A stretch of 64,000 nt of DNA from an uncultured delta proteobacterium (GTDB lineage: Bacteria; Myxococcota_A; Polyangia; Fen-1088): assembly GCA_963737265.1 (NCBI GenBank), contig CAVTRY010000016.1, positions 1-64,000 on the forward strand, written 5' to 3'. The notes beneath the pieces are model-generated. The model was not told the DNA's origin and searched no databases. It saw only the letters and a list, made by a program, of their open reading frames with translations. The translations under genes were made by a program, and so were the position numbers. Within the stretch, counting starts at the first letter, position 1, and each line of letters starts with the position of its first letter. Below are positions 1 to 10,254 of the stretch, piece after piece.

Positions 1-48
1 GAGGCCGACGGGTCCAGAGGCTGACAAGATTGTCGTGTCTTCCTGCGG

Positions 49-1068
49 GTGCCCCAGCGACCGCCAGTAAACCCGCCTCTGTCAGATTCGGCACACGGGG
101 TGCATCCTGCGGGTTGGGAGGTGCTCGTGGATCAAGACGTGGTCCTTGCGTTCTTTCGAAAGCTCGTTTGGGCGTCCGCGCCGCTCATGATCACCGGGTG
201 CGGTCCCTCCGGTCCGTTTTCCACCCCATGCCCAACCCAGGAGGCGACGCTCTCCATCGCCTCGCTGCAGGGAGATGCGGCACTGCCAGATGCCGGTGGT
301 GCCGACGGAGGGCTCGCCGACCTCTGCCAACACGCCTTTCCTGGCGACTACATCGATTCGTGTATGCCCGTCACCTCCGACGGCGGGGAGGCAGTCCACA
401 TCGTCTACACCTTGGACTGCCACACGGGCCGTCGGCCGGCTGGCCTCGCCTCGTCCGCCGGTCAGGCGAGAACGAGCCCCCTTGGGGCATGGCTCGCCCA
501 CGTGACCCACCTCGAGGCAGCCTCGGTCTACGCGTTCCGGATGCTCGCTGACGAGCTCGGGATGTTTGGAGCACCGTCGGTTCTCGTCGGCGCCGCGCGC
601 GCGGCGGCGACCGACGAGCGGCGCCATGCACGGCTGATGGCTCGCCTGGCCGTCGCAGCGGGAGCGCGTCCGCCCGCCGTACGCGTGACGCCGACCGCGG
701 CGCGCGATCTCGAAACCGTAGCACGGGAGAACGCCATCGAGGGGTGCGTGCGCGAGACATTCGGGGCCCTGGTCGCCTGGCGTCAATCGCGCCTGGCCGA
801 CGACCTTGCGATCCGCGAAACGATGCGGACAATCGCAGCCGACGAGACCCGCCACGCGGCGCTGTCATGGGCGATCGACGCCTGGTCGCGTGACCGCCTC
901 TCCAAGAGAGCGCGGCGGCGCGTGTGTGCCGCGCGGAGCGAGGCGATCTCAGTCCTCCTGCGCACCGTCGCCGTGAGCGAAGCGTCCGCGCTCCGCCTGC
1001 CCGCGGGGCTGCCCGACGGTACGGAAGCTGTAAACATGGCCTCCGCCCTCTTCGCTCGCATTGCCTAG
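49..1068 (+). CDS. Ferritin-like (di-iron) domain lipoprotein, myxobacterial type; true start may be GTG 139
   Basis: Lipobox-like LMITGC, GRRPAGL motif, LEAASV, two ExxH motifs (DERRH, DETRH), ENAIEGCVRETFGA. Confidence 0.75.
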   Translation: MPQRPPVNPPLSDSAHGVHPAGWEVLVDQDVVLAFFRKLVWASAPLMITGCGPSGPFSTPCPTQEATLSIASLQGDAALPDAGGADGGLADLCQHAFPGDYIDSCMPVTSDGGEAVHIVYTLDCHTGRRPAGLASSAGQARTSPLGAWLAHVTHLEAASVYAFRMLADELGMFGAPSVLVGAARAAATDERRHARLMARLAVAAGARPPAVRVTPTAARDLETVARENAIEGCVRETFGALVAWRQSRLADDLAIRETMRTIAADETRHAALSWAIDAWSRDRLSKRARRRVCAARSEAISVLLRTVAVSEASALRLPAGLPDGTEAVNMASALFARIA

Positions 1069-1620
1069 TGTTCGATAGCGGACTCGGATGCGCGGTGGCA
1101 GTTCGTGCGTGAAAGTGCTTAGCTAGTCGCGAACCCAAATCCCATCGCGTAATTCGTCGGCGGGTTGTGCTGTGAAAGTCTTGCCCGCCCGCTGCCCAAA
1201 GAGACCCAACCGTCCCAAACTCGAACCGACCAAACATCACGAAAGTTGCGGCAAGCGCGCGGGAGTCTGTGCAAGCCCCCGAAGTGTCGGGGTTATCTGA
1301 CGTTTTCGACTCCCGGCGCCTCCACGAACTCCTCGAACGTCGGCACCCATCAGACGCGGACTATGAACCAAGGCGGGGCGGTCCCGATGCGGGTCCGCCT
1401 GACGCGGCAGTTACCGGTGCGGGCCGACGGTCGCTTTGCCACGGAGGTGACCAAGAACTCCGCCGGGGCGACACTACCTGGTGAGCGAGCTTGCACCCAT
1501 GCGACATCAGAACCGCCGGTCCCGGTGACTGCGCGGTCGCGTTAAACGTTGGAGTTCCAGTGTTTGCTGGCCCCGTCCGATTAACATCCTGTTCGGCACG
1601 CCACGGTTAGGAGCGCCTCC

Positions 1621-3441
1621 ATGACTTACCGTCTGCGTCTTCTCTTTGCTCTCCCGTTACCCCTGCTCGTCGCGGCGTGCGGATCTTCGGTGAACAATCG
1701 GCCGCCGTCCGATGGGGGAACAGTCTTCGACGGGCAGTTAGGTCCAGATGGCCTGGCGGCGGACTCGGCCACCGCCGGCGCGGATTCCGGCGCCGACGCA
1801 CTCTCTTTGCCACAGGGAGCAGCACTCCGGCTGCTTGCGCCTCTGTCGACAGCGACTGTCACGTCGCAGCGACCAACCCTGCGCTGGAGTCTCGATCCGA
1901 CGTGCGATGGCGCCCACATCCAGATCTGCCGGGACCGGGCGTGCCGACATGAGGTCGCCTCGTTCGATACAACGGGCACAAGCGGCGTCCCGGCAAGCGC
2001 GCTGCCGCCGGGGATTCTCTTTTGGCGCGCCTACGGGCGGAACGGGAGCGCTATCGTCGACGGCTGGACGCCGACGTGGGAGTTCAACGTTGGGTCGCGA
2101 AGCGCACCCCTCGACAACTCATGGGGGACCACGCTTGACGTGAATGGGGACGGCTACGCGGACATCGCCGTTGGCACGGACAGCCAAGTCAACGTCTATT
2201 TGGGCAGTCCCGCCGGGCTCGCCTCGTCACCCGACCTAATCCTGAGCTCTGCGGGAATGCCAGGCGTGTACTGGGGTCTCTTCCTCGCCAGCGCCGGCGA
2301 CGTAAACGGCGACGGCTACGCCGATCTTATCGTCGGCGGGAGCAATGCCGCTTACCTGTTCTTGGGCGGCCCCGCCGGCCTCGCTACCTCGCCGGCAGCC
2401 ACGCTTACCTCGCGGGGTGCCCAATCGGGGCTCCGGGTGGCGAGCGCCGGAGATGTGAACGGAGACGGCTACGCCGACGTCGTCATGGCGAACTTTGATC
2501 AGGGGATCGCCTACGTCTACTTGGGTGGCCCGAGTGGCCTCAGCGGCGCGCCTGACGTAACCCTGCCTTCCCCGACAGGTGGGGGCCTATTTGGCCACTC
2601 CGTCGCGGGTGCTTGCGATGTCGACGGCGACGGCTATGGAGACATCGTCATCGGTGCCCCTGGGGCCGGGCAGGCTTTTGTGTATCTGGGGGGTGACGCG
2701 GGCATCGCCACTTCGCCCAGTTTCACGCTCGCGGGTCCGGACGGGACTGCGGCTTCGTTCGGGAATTCGGTGTCGTGTGCCGGCGATGTCGACGGCGACG
2801 GTTACGCCGACCTCCTCATCGGTGCTGAGGGCTCCGATGGCGCGACCACCGGTACCTTTACTGGACGAGCATACGTGTATCGCGGTGGCGCCGCAGGAGT
2901 CGCACCCTTTCCCTTGGTAACGTTGCTCGGGGACCAGACCCGCGAAGCGTTAGGCCGGTGGGTGTCCGGGGCGGGCGACGTCAACGGCGACGGTTACGCC
3001 GACGTCATCGTCGGTGCGGACGGGGAGAACGGCGCGGACACAACTGCCTCGGGATGGGCGTACGTCTATCTTGGGGGCCCCGACGGTACAGCGGCAAATG
3101 CCGCCACGACGTTGACAGGACCTGACGGCCAAGGAAGTTGGTTCGGCCGCTGCGTCGCAGGGGCGGGCGACGTCAACGGTGACGGCTACGCCGACGTGGT
3201 CGTCGGCGCGGATGCCGGCAATGTCCGAGTCGGCGCCGACGGGGGTGTGCCCAACACCTCTGGTTGGGCCTACGTCTACCTGGGGAGCGCCGCGGGCGTC
3301 GGCGTCTCCCCCGCAGTCCGGTGGGTCGGCCCGAGCCCGGGCAGCGCCTTCGGCCGCGCCCTTGCCCGTGCGGTGCCGTCTCGGGCAGACCCTTCAGACC
3401 AGCCATTCCCCTTCTCGCTCCAGACGCGGGCGCGGGGGTGA
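1621..3441 (+). CDS. FG-GAP / integrin-alpha-like repeat lipoprotein
   Basis: Lipobox LVAAC; about seven GDVNGDGYAD...VYLG repeats; GGAG RBS. Confidence 0.9.
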   Translation: MTYRLRLLFALPLPLLVAACGSSVNNRPPSDGGTVFDGQLGPDGLAADSATAGADSGADALSLPQGAALRLLAPLSTATVTSQRPTLRWSLDPTCDGAHIQICRDRACRHEVASFDTTGTSGVPASALPPGILFWRAYGRNGSAIVDGWTPTWEFNVGSRSAPLDNSWGTTLDVNGDGYADIAVGTDSQVNVYLGSPAGLASSPDLILSSAGMPGVYWGLFLASAGDVNGDGYADLIVGGSNAAYLFLGGPAGLATSPAATLTSRGAQSGLRVASAGDVNGDGYADVVMANFDQGIAYVYLGGPSGLSGAPDVTLPSPTGGGLFGHSVAGACDVDGDGYGDIVIGAPGAGQAFVYLGGDAGIATSPSFTLAGPDGTAASFGNSVSCAGDVDGDGYADLLIGAEGSDGATTGTFTGRAYVYRGGAAGVAPFPLVTLLGDQTREALGRWVSGAGDVNGDGYADVIVGADGENGADTTASGWAYVYLGGPDGTAANAATTLTGPDGQGSWFGRCVAGAGDVNGDGYADVVVGADAGNVRVGADGGVPNTSGWAYVYLGSAAGVGVSPAVRWVGPSPGSAFGRALARAVPSRADPSDQPFPFSLQTRARG

Positions 3442-3647
3442 CGGACTCACCCTGATAGGTCTGGATGGCTCGTACCGCCGGGGTCGTGATCGCGAAAAAG
3501 TGGTTTGGGGGCGTGATCTTTTCGAGACTTCAGAGAAGGTGCTCAGACCGTCTTCATGTGGTTCGTGCCCGGTGCTACGTAGCGGGGTATTCAGCCGAGC
3601 CGGCTGACACTCGGGACGACGCTTTTTCGGGCTTTCGGTGCTGGCCT

Positions 3648-3669
3648 TTCCCACCACTTTTCCCACCAC
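3648..3669 (+). repeat. Tandem TTCCCACCAC direct repeat, probable integrase arm-type sites
   Basis: Two copies about 95 bp before the tRNA-Val fragment. Confidence 0.45.
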
Positions 3670-3764
3670 CCCGGCGTAACGGGCTGGACGTCCAGGTTAC
3701 GCCACCGATCGTGTTTTCAACTACTTGGCACTACCCGTTACGGCCCGGAACGGCCCTTTTCGTT

Positions 3765-3809
3765 TTCACACGGTGGAAGCCGTAGGTTCAATCCCTACAA
3801 CGCCCACCA
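3765..3809 (+). repeat. 3' half of tRNA-Val(CAC), att site copy 1 (not a functional tRNA)
   Basis: TTCACAC anticodon loop, GGTGG stem half, GTAGG-TTCAATC-CCTAC T-arm, ACGCCC-A-CCA end; no 5' half upstream. Confidence 0.85.
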
Positions 3810-3840
3810 AGATTCTCTAAGGACTCTGCACGGTTACGAC

Positions 3841-4176
3841 CTACGCGGACTTGGCCTCGACGACCGAGGCCCCCTCGTCCCCACCCTGGTCCCCACTTTT
3901 CGACTGTCGATCGCGGAGCAGACCGGCCAAAGAGATCACCTTCGCCAGGCCCGCCCGTACCTCTTCCCCTCCAACGCTGCTGTACCGATCCTGCATCGCC
4001 ACAGTCGCGTGGCCGCTGATGGCCCGGACCACGAAATCGTGGACCTGTGCCTGCCGACCGAGATCTTGAAACGTCCGCCGCATGAACCGAGCGGTCAGAT
4101 GCTTCTCGATCTTGGCCCCTTTGGCGATCTCGACGAGCGGCTTGGTGAGACACGAGGCTGCTCGAAAGCCACCGAA
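3841..4176 (-). pseudogene. Tyrosine recombinase/integrase, C-terminal remnant
   Basis: ...RFMRRTFQDLG...AISGH...QDRYS (box II Arg, His, Tyr); points toward the att site; N-terminus replaced by IS3 DNA. Confidence 0.8.
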
Positions 4177-4486
4177 CTACGCATCGGCGACAGCGGTCGG
4201 TTGTTCCTGGCCGCGATCCTCGACCTTCATTCACGCTTCGTGGTGGGCTGGGCGCTAAGTGCCGTCAACGATCGCCACCTCGCCATCAAGGCGCTGGACT
4301 CGGCACTGCGGCGTCGGTGTCCGGACGCAGGGTTGCTTCACCACTCGGACCAAGGCAGCACTTACGCCAGCGAGGACTACCAGGACGTCCTCAGGGCGCA
4401 AGGCATCACCTGTAGCATGAGCCGTCGCGGGAACTGCTACGACAACGCCGTCGCGGAAAGCTGGTTCTCAACGGTGAAGGCCGAGC
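4171..4486 (+). pseudogene. IS3-family transposase OrfB (rve core), outer element, part 1
   Basis: LFLAAILDLHSRFVVGW...HHSDQGSTY...SRRGNCYDNAVAESWFSTVKAE. Confidence 0.9.
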
Positions 4487-4492
4487 GGAACC

Positions 4493-6022
4493 TGTCAACG
4501 AGAATGAGACAGCGTTGGTTCGAGTTTAGTGAGCCTCCTCGGCGTCGGACGACGTCAGCGTCGGTGGATTGATCCAAACGGCGGTGGGAGGTGGCGGCGG
4601 CGTGGGCGCGCCCGCGGTGAAGCGCTCGGGATGGGCGGGGTGGGCCGCGGCGAGGACGAGCGGCGCGGTGGGCGGTGCGTTGGTTGGCGAGGCCGTGGTG
4701 GACGTCGTGGGGCGTCAGCAGGGCGAGCCCGCTGTGAGGTGCTCGTTGTTGTACCAGTCGAAGAAGTCGCCGCAGTGGGCGCGCGTCCTCGACGGAGCCG
4801 AAGCGCTCGGGAAAGTCTGGCCGATACTTGAGCGTCTTGAAGTGGCCTCGGAGAACGGGTTGTCGTTGGAGACGTGCGGCCGGGAATGGCTCTTGGTGAT
4901 GCCGAGGTCGGCAAGCAGCAGCGCCACCGGCTTGGAGGTCATGGAGGTCCCGCGGTCGGCGTGCAGCGTGAGCTGGCCGGCGTGATGCCCTGCCGGTCGC
5001 CAGTCTCGCCGATGAACTTCTTCGCGAGGGCGGCGGTCTCGCGCTGGGCGATCATCCAGCCGACGACGTAGCGGCTGAAGACGTCGAGGATGACGTAGAG
5101 GTAGAAGTAGGTCCATTTGGCCGGGCTCCGCAGCTTGGTGATGTCCCAGCTACCAGACCTCGTTGGGGCGGGTGGCGAGGAGCTCGGGCTCGGGTGTAGG
5201 ACGGGTGGCGTGGCTGGTCGCGGCGCTCGCGGACTTCGCGTTGGCGGCGAGCAGGCGGTACATCGTGCGTGGGGAGCACAGGTACGGTCCCTTCGTCGAG
5301 CAGCGTCGCGTAGACCTCGGCGGGCGCGCTGGTCGACGAAGCGGGCGTATGGAGCAGGTCGAGCACGGCCTGGCGCTCCGGTGCGGAGAGCGCGCGCGGC
5401 GAGGAGCGCGCGCGGCGCGCGTCCGTGGACTCGAGTTGCTTCCACCGGTAGTAGCTGGCGCGCGCGACGTTGAGGGCGTCGGCACAAGGGCGCGACGCCG
5501 AGCCGGGGAGCGTGCTGATCGATGAGCTGCATCATCGACTTCCCGTGCGGGTCCTCGAGCGGACGTCGCCAGCAAGGCGGCCACTTTTTTTTGGATGTCG
5601 ATGAGCGCCTCGGCGCGCTCGGCGCGGAGTCGTCACCTTGGCGACCTGACGCTTGAGGTCGTCGACTTCGCGGTCACGCGTATCGGGTACCGGTCGCGGC
5701 CACCGGTCCGCGCTTCTTGGCGCGCTCAGGGCATCGAGCTCGCCGCGCTCACGGCTCGCTCGCCACGTCGTGAGGTGCGAAGTGTAAAGCCCCTCGCGGC
5801 GCAGCAGCGCGCCGACCTCGCCCGGCTCCTTGCAGGCGCTCGGCCTCCACCAGGACTCGGCGCTTGAACTCGGCGCTGAAGCTGCGGCGCTTCGCCTTCG
5901 GGCGGACCTCCGTGGGCGGTACTCGCCGAGGGACGCTTGTCGTCGGTCATGGTCATGGTACCATCTCTCCGTCGCCCTGCTCAGTAAACTTCGAGGGGGG
6001 CGGTGTCTCAGCTACGTTGGCA
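4493..6022 (-). mobile_element. IS3-family insertion sequence (orfA/orfB, many frameshifts) nested in another IS3
   Basis: Imperfect terminal IRs TGTCAACG..TGAGACA / TGTCTCA..CGTTGGCA; OrfB motifs WSWDITKL, YLYVILDVFSRYVVGW, HADRG, SNDNPFSEA; A8 slippage tract near 5585-5592. Confidence 0.85.
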
Positions 6023-6029
6023 GAGAGGG

Positions 6030-6216
6030 GAGCTCGGCGAGCGATTCGACAGCTGTGCCAGCGCGAAAGAAGACCACTTCGACTACATCGAGGTCTTCTA
6101 CAACCGGCAGCGCCGGCACTCGTCGCTGGACTATGTCAGCCCGGCCGAGTACGAAAAGAACAGACGGGTAGCGTTGGCAGCGTAAGCAACCTGTCTACGG
6201 GATCGGATCAAGCCCA
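6030..6216 (+). pseudogene. IS3-family transposase C-terminus plus right IR, outer element, part 2
   Basis: ELGERF...FDYIEVFYNRQRRHSSLDYVSPAEYE*, followed by CTGTCTACGGGATCGGATCAAGCCCA ending in CA. Confidence 0.85.
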
Positions 6217-6791
6217 CCTCATCCACGACTGCAGTAGCGGTGACCCGTGACTCCTGTCTCAGACGACTGATCGCGATTAAGGACGCTCTAGTCTAAGTCT
6301 AGGCAAGGTCAGCTGCCGCTGACACCGAGATGTTCAGTCCGGACACCAACGTAGGCGTCGTAGTGTGTGCACCAGAACCTGAATTAGGAACGGCCCTTAG
6401 GGCATCGACCCAACTCGTGTCGTGGTGGGCAGTTAACGTCACAAGGGGTCACGGAGCGCCACGCTCCGCCACGACCGAGTGGGGGATCAGGTGGGGATCG
6501 CAGCGACCCTCTTTCGGATCGGCCGGGTCGTCCGCGAGCTACATACCCAGGACGCAGAGATCCGTCCAGCGCAGGCTCTCCTTCGAGTCGCAGGTTCAAT
6601 CCCCGGACAGGCTATCGAGCGAAGCGCCGTCGTGGCTACCCCATCCATCCGCCGGAATAAGCTACGGATCACGCGGCCCTTCGGTAGTCGAGTTCGTACC
6701 TGAGCGCCCACGCGTAGGCGCGGTGATTTCCTTGAGTCCACCGACCCAGGGACGAGCACCTAAGTACCCACCAACTTGCTAGGATCGAATC

Positions 6792-7100
6792 ATGGTTGGC
6801 CTATCGCGCAGTCTCGTGCTTGCGATCGCCGTCGCGTTCGCGTCATGCGCGAGCACTGAGCCGCTGCCGGCACAGAAGCCAGTCGTGGCCAACGCGCCTT
6901 CGCCCCCTGCCGAGTGCAGCCCCACGCTCTGCTCCCCGCCCGGGTACGCCCGTCAGGGCAGGCGGTGCTTGCCGGTATGCAACCCACCCTGTCCGCCCGA
7001 CACGCCATGCACCCGGCCCAACTTCTGCGACGAGGACAGTATGGACAAGGATCTCGACGACGCCATCCGACAGCGACGTCACGACGGTGGGCGCTCGATG
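6792..7100 (+). CDS. Cys/Pro-rich small lipoprotein, probably truncated (ORF formally runs to 7487 over the kinase 3' end)
   Basis: Signal peptide with AFASC lipobox, several Cys-Pro motifs. Confidence 0.4.
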
Positions 7101-7252
7101 GTGAGGAATAGGCAACCGAACCCGTCCCCACAGCCTCTCCGCAGGAGCGAATTCTCTTCCCTCAGATACGCGATCGTCGGTGGCTGGCGTCGGGCCACCC
7201 AAGTCCCGATCCAGGCCGCCAGAAACCGAAAGGGGAGTGGGAGCTCGCTCAT
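7079..7252 (-). pseudogene. N-terminal remnant of an integrase-core-domain transposase
   Basis: FLAAWIGTWVARRQ...IAYLREENSLLR resembles the W-x-x-R-x-Q...IxYLREEN start of these transposases. Confidence 0.5.
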
Positions 7253-7312
7253 GAGCGATACGAGTGCCAAATACGCCGTGCGATCGTCGCCGTCAAGCTC
7301 TGCGCGTCATCC

Positions 7313-10039
7313 TCAACCTACCGGATCGGTCGACGTTCTTCGTCGATCGGATTTCGGCCCAAGACGGGCGATACGTTCGAGCGCGTCGCGGATCTTCCGT
7401 CCGAGCGTTTCAGCGCTGAACGGTTTTTGGAGAAAATGGATGCCGGGCTTGAGGACGCCATGCTGGCTGATGGCCTCCTCGGTGTAGCCGGACATGTAGA
7501 TGACCGTCAGCCCGGGTCTCCGCTCGATGAGCTCGTCCCGCAGGTCGGGACCGCTCTTGCCGGGCATGACGACGTCGGTGAGGAGCACGTCGATGGCGCT
7601 GTGTTGCTCGAACGTGCGACTGGCTTCGTCCGCGTTCGCGGCGGTCAAGACCTTGTAACCGAGACCTTCGAGGATTCTCCGGGCGAGCTTGCGAAGGCCT
7701 TCCGCATCATCGACCACGAGCACGGTTTCGCTGCCCGCCGGCGTGCCCTTCGGGCGCGCAGAGGGCGCCGTCGCGACGCCGTCGGGGGCGCCGGGCGGAA
7801 GATAAACCTTGAAGGAGGTTCCCTTCCCGAGCTCGCTATAGACGCCGAGGGTCCCGCCGCTCGCAGCGACGATGCCGTGGACGGTCGCGAGGCCGAGCCC
7901 CGTACCCTTGCCGACCTCTTTGGTCGTGAAGAATGGCTCGAACAAGCGCGCTTGCACCTCGGGGGTCATTCCCGTGCCCGTGTCCGTGATCGTGAGCGCG
8001 ACGTACGATCCCGGCTTCGCGCCGAGGTGGGCTTTCGCGTAGTCCTCGTCGAGCTCGACCTCGGCCGTCTCGATCGTCAACGTGCCGCCTCGAGGCATCG
8101 CGTCTCGGGCGTTGACGGCGAGGTTCATGACGATCTGCTCGAGCTGGCCCTGGTCGGCCATCACCTTTGAGAGGTCCGGGCTGAGGGTCACGACGACCCT
8201 CACGTCCTCACCGATGAGGCGGCCGAGCATGCCCCGCATGTTCTCCACGACCGCGTTTAGGTCGATCAAGGTCGGCTCGATGATTTGCTTGCGGCTGAAG
8301 GCCAGCAGCTGACGCACCAACGACACGGCGGTCACGCCCGCCTTCTTGATCTCGAGGATCTCCGAGCGGTCCGGGGCGTCCTCGCCGCGCTCATCGAGGA
8401 GGAGGTCGCTGTAAACGAGGATGACGGTCAAGAGGTTGTTAAAGTCGTGCGCGACCCCGCCCGCCAGTCTCCCGACCGCCTCCATCTTTTGCGCCTGGTA
8501 GTATTGCTGTTCGAGCGTCCGGTGAGCCGTGACGTCCAGGGAAATGCCGACCCCACGCAGGGGTTGGCCGTCGTCCCCGAGCAGGATGCGACCTGCGCCC
8601 GTCAGCCAACGAACCTTGCCGTCGGGGCCGAGCGAGCGGTTCCGCACCGAGAACTCAGCGCCTGACTTCATGGCCGCCTCAGTCGTCTCGCGCAGCGCCG
8701 CGCGATCCTCGGGGTGGACGAGCTCCATAAAGGCGTCGAACGTGCCGCGGAACGTGCCGGGCCGCAGTCCGTAGTGCCCTTCGAGCGTCTCTGACCAGCG
8801 CAGCGCGCCCGTCGTGTAGTCCAGATCCCAAATCCCCACGTTGGCGTGCTGGAGCGCGAAGCGCATGCGCTCTTCCGCGACGCGCAGGGCCTCGATCGCG
8901 GCGTGGCGCTCGGTGATGTCTCCGCCCGAGCTCAACGTGCCCACCACACGGCCGGCGTCGTCTCGGAGGAGCCGATTTCGCCATTCGACCATCCGCTCCT
9001 GGCCGTCCTTCCCGAGGATCGGGTTCTCCACGAAGGAGACGTCTCCGGCGAGGAGATTCTCGAACCTCTCGGCGAGGAGAGGGCGGTGCCGCTCGGGAAT
9101 GCAGATGTCGACCCACTTGCGCCCGAGCAGCTCGGCCTCGCCCCGGCCCAAGACGTCGCATCCCTTGCGGTTGATCAGCGTGATCCGACCGTCGACGTCG
9201 AGCGCGAGCAGGATGACCTCGGCCGTGTCGAGATAGCGCTGCGCTCGATCGCGCTCTTCACGCACCGCCGCCTGGGCGCGCTTGCGGTCCGTGATGTCGG
9301 TCCCTGAGCTGAGAGTTCCCGTGACGCGACCGGCGCCGTCACGGAGGTAGGCGGTGCGCCACTCAATGAGCCGCTCGTCGCCGCCGCGCGTGACGATCGG
9401 GTTCTCGACGACAGAGTCGTCCCCGGCGTGGACCGTGCGCAGCTTGTCCCTGGTCTCGCTCCGGATCGCCGCTGGCACACAGACGTCGATGAAGTCACGA
9501 CCGAGCAGCTCCTCGGCGGTCCATCCGAGGACGTTGCAGGCGTAGCGATTGACCAGCGTGATCCGGCCTTGCATGTCGAGGCCGAGCAGGATGACCGCAG
9601 CCGTGTCCAGGTATTGCTGGGCGCGATCGCGTTCGTAACGGAGGGCCTCGTCGGTGCGCATCCGCCGGCTGATGTCCCGCGCGACCTTCGACGCGCCGAT
9701 GATCCGACCGTCCGTGTCCTTGATGGGCGACGCCGTCACGGAGACGTCGATGAGCCTCCCGTCCTTGGTGCGTCGCTGAGTGTCGAAGGGCTCGACGCGC
9801 TCGCCGTGGCGGATCCTGTCGAGGATGTGTAGCTCCTCGGCCTGGCGCTCGGGCGGAATGAGCCGCGTGATCGGCTGGCCGATCATCTCGGCCGCTGTGT
9901 ACCCGAACAGGCCCTCGGCGCCCGGATTCCAGCTGGAGACGATCCCGTTGAGATCCTTGCCGATGATGGCGTCGTCCGATGACGCCACGATGGCGGCCAA
10001 CCGTCGGGCCTCGGCGCTGAGGGTCTGCCGCGAGGTCAT
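7313..10039 (-). CDS. Hybrid sensor histidine kinase, 4 PAS/PAC + HisKA + HATPase + receiver
   Basis: AHDFNNLL H-box, FEPFFTTK..GKGTGLGL, VLVVDD...LTDVVMP receiver. Confidence 0.95.
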   Translation of the reverse strand: MTSRQTLSAEARRLAAIVASSDDAIIGKDLNGIVSSWNPGAEGLFGYTAAEMIGQPITRLIPPERQAEELHILDRIRHGERVEPFDTQRRTKDGRLIDVSVTASPIKDTDGRIIGASKVARDISRRMRTDEALRYERDRAQQYLDTAAVILLGLDMQGRITLVNRYACNVLGWTAEELLGRDFIDVCVPAAIRSETRDKLRTVHAGDDSVVENPIVTRGGDERLIEWRTAYLRDGAGRVTGTLSSGTDITDRKRAQAAVREERDRAQRYLDTAEVILLALDVDGRITLINRKGCDVLGRGEAELLGRKWVDICIPERHRPLLAERFENLLAGDVSFVENPILGKDGQERMVEWRNRLLRDDAGRVVGTLSSGGDITERHAAIEALRVAEERMRFALQHANVGIWDLDYTTGALRWSETLEGHYGLRPGTFRGTFDAFMELVHPEDRAALRETTEAAMKSGAEFSVRNRSLGPDGKVRWLTGAGRILLGDDGQPLRGVGISLDVTAHRTLEQQYYQAQKMEAVGRLAGGVAHDFNNLLTVILVYSDLLLDERGEDAPDRSEILEIKKAGVTAVSLVRQLLAFSRKQIIEPTLIDLNAVVENMRGMLGRLIGEDVRVVVTLSPDLSKVMADQGQLEQIVMNLAVNARDAMPRGGTLTIETAEVELDEDYAKAHLGAKPGSYVALTITDTGTGMTPEVQARLFEPFFTTKEVGKGTGLGLATVHGIVAASGGTLGVYSELGKGTSFKVYLPPGAPDGVATAPSARPKGTPAGSETVLVVDDAEGLRKLARRILEGLGYKVLTAANADEASRTFEQHSAIDVLLTDVVMPGKSGPDLRDELIERRPGLTVIYMSGYTEEAISQHGVLKPGIHFLQKPFSAETLGRKIRDALERIARLGPKSDRRRTSTDPVG

Positions 10040-10198
10040 CCAGGTATCCTCAGAAACGCACCTGATACGACCGTGCCATCGCCCACCAGTACCCTACTCG
10101 ACCTGCCTTGCACCCACAATGGTTCCGGCCCGGGGCGCTCAGCGCCCGTCGCGACCGACGCCTCGCCCGGATAGGACTCAGGAACGCTATCTTTGAAT

Positions 10199-10254
10199 TT
10201 TACAGCCGAGGGGATGGCCAGGCTCTAGCCGACCTGGACCACGTGGAAGCCGAA
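10199..10254 (-). repeat. Dispersed ~55-bp repeat copy 1 (promoter-like on the minus strand)
   Basis: TTTACAGCCGAGG.GATGGCC.GGCT..AGCCGACCT...CACGTG.AAG shared with 16187-16241; TG-TAAAAT -10-like hexamer on the minus strand. Confidence 0.6.

Noticed and set aside
2130-3290. Repeated GGCGACGTCAACGGCGACGG motifs
   Set aside because: FG-GAP protein repeats.
3765-3809. Functional tRNA-Val gene
   Set aside because: No 5' acceptor strand, D-arm or 5' anticodon stem in either copy; treated as att fragments.
6479-6703. TPR-like fragment GDQVGIAATLFRIGRV
   Set aside because: Too short, and it overlaps arm-like repeats; likely chance.
10063-10078. Sigma-54 promoter upstream of the PAS kinase (TGGCAC-GGTCG-TATC)
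   Set aside because: The -12 GC is missing.
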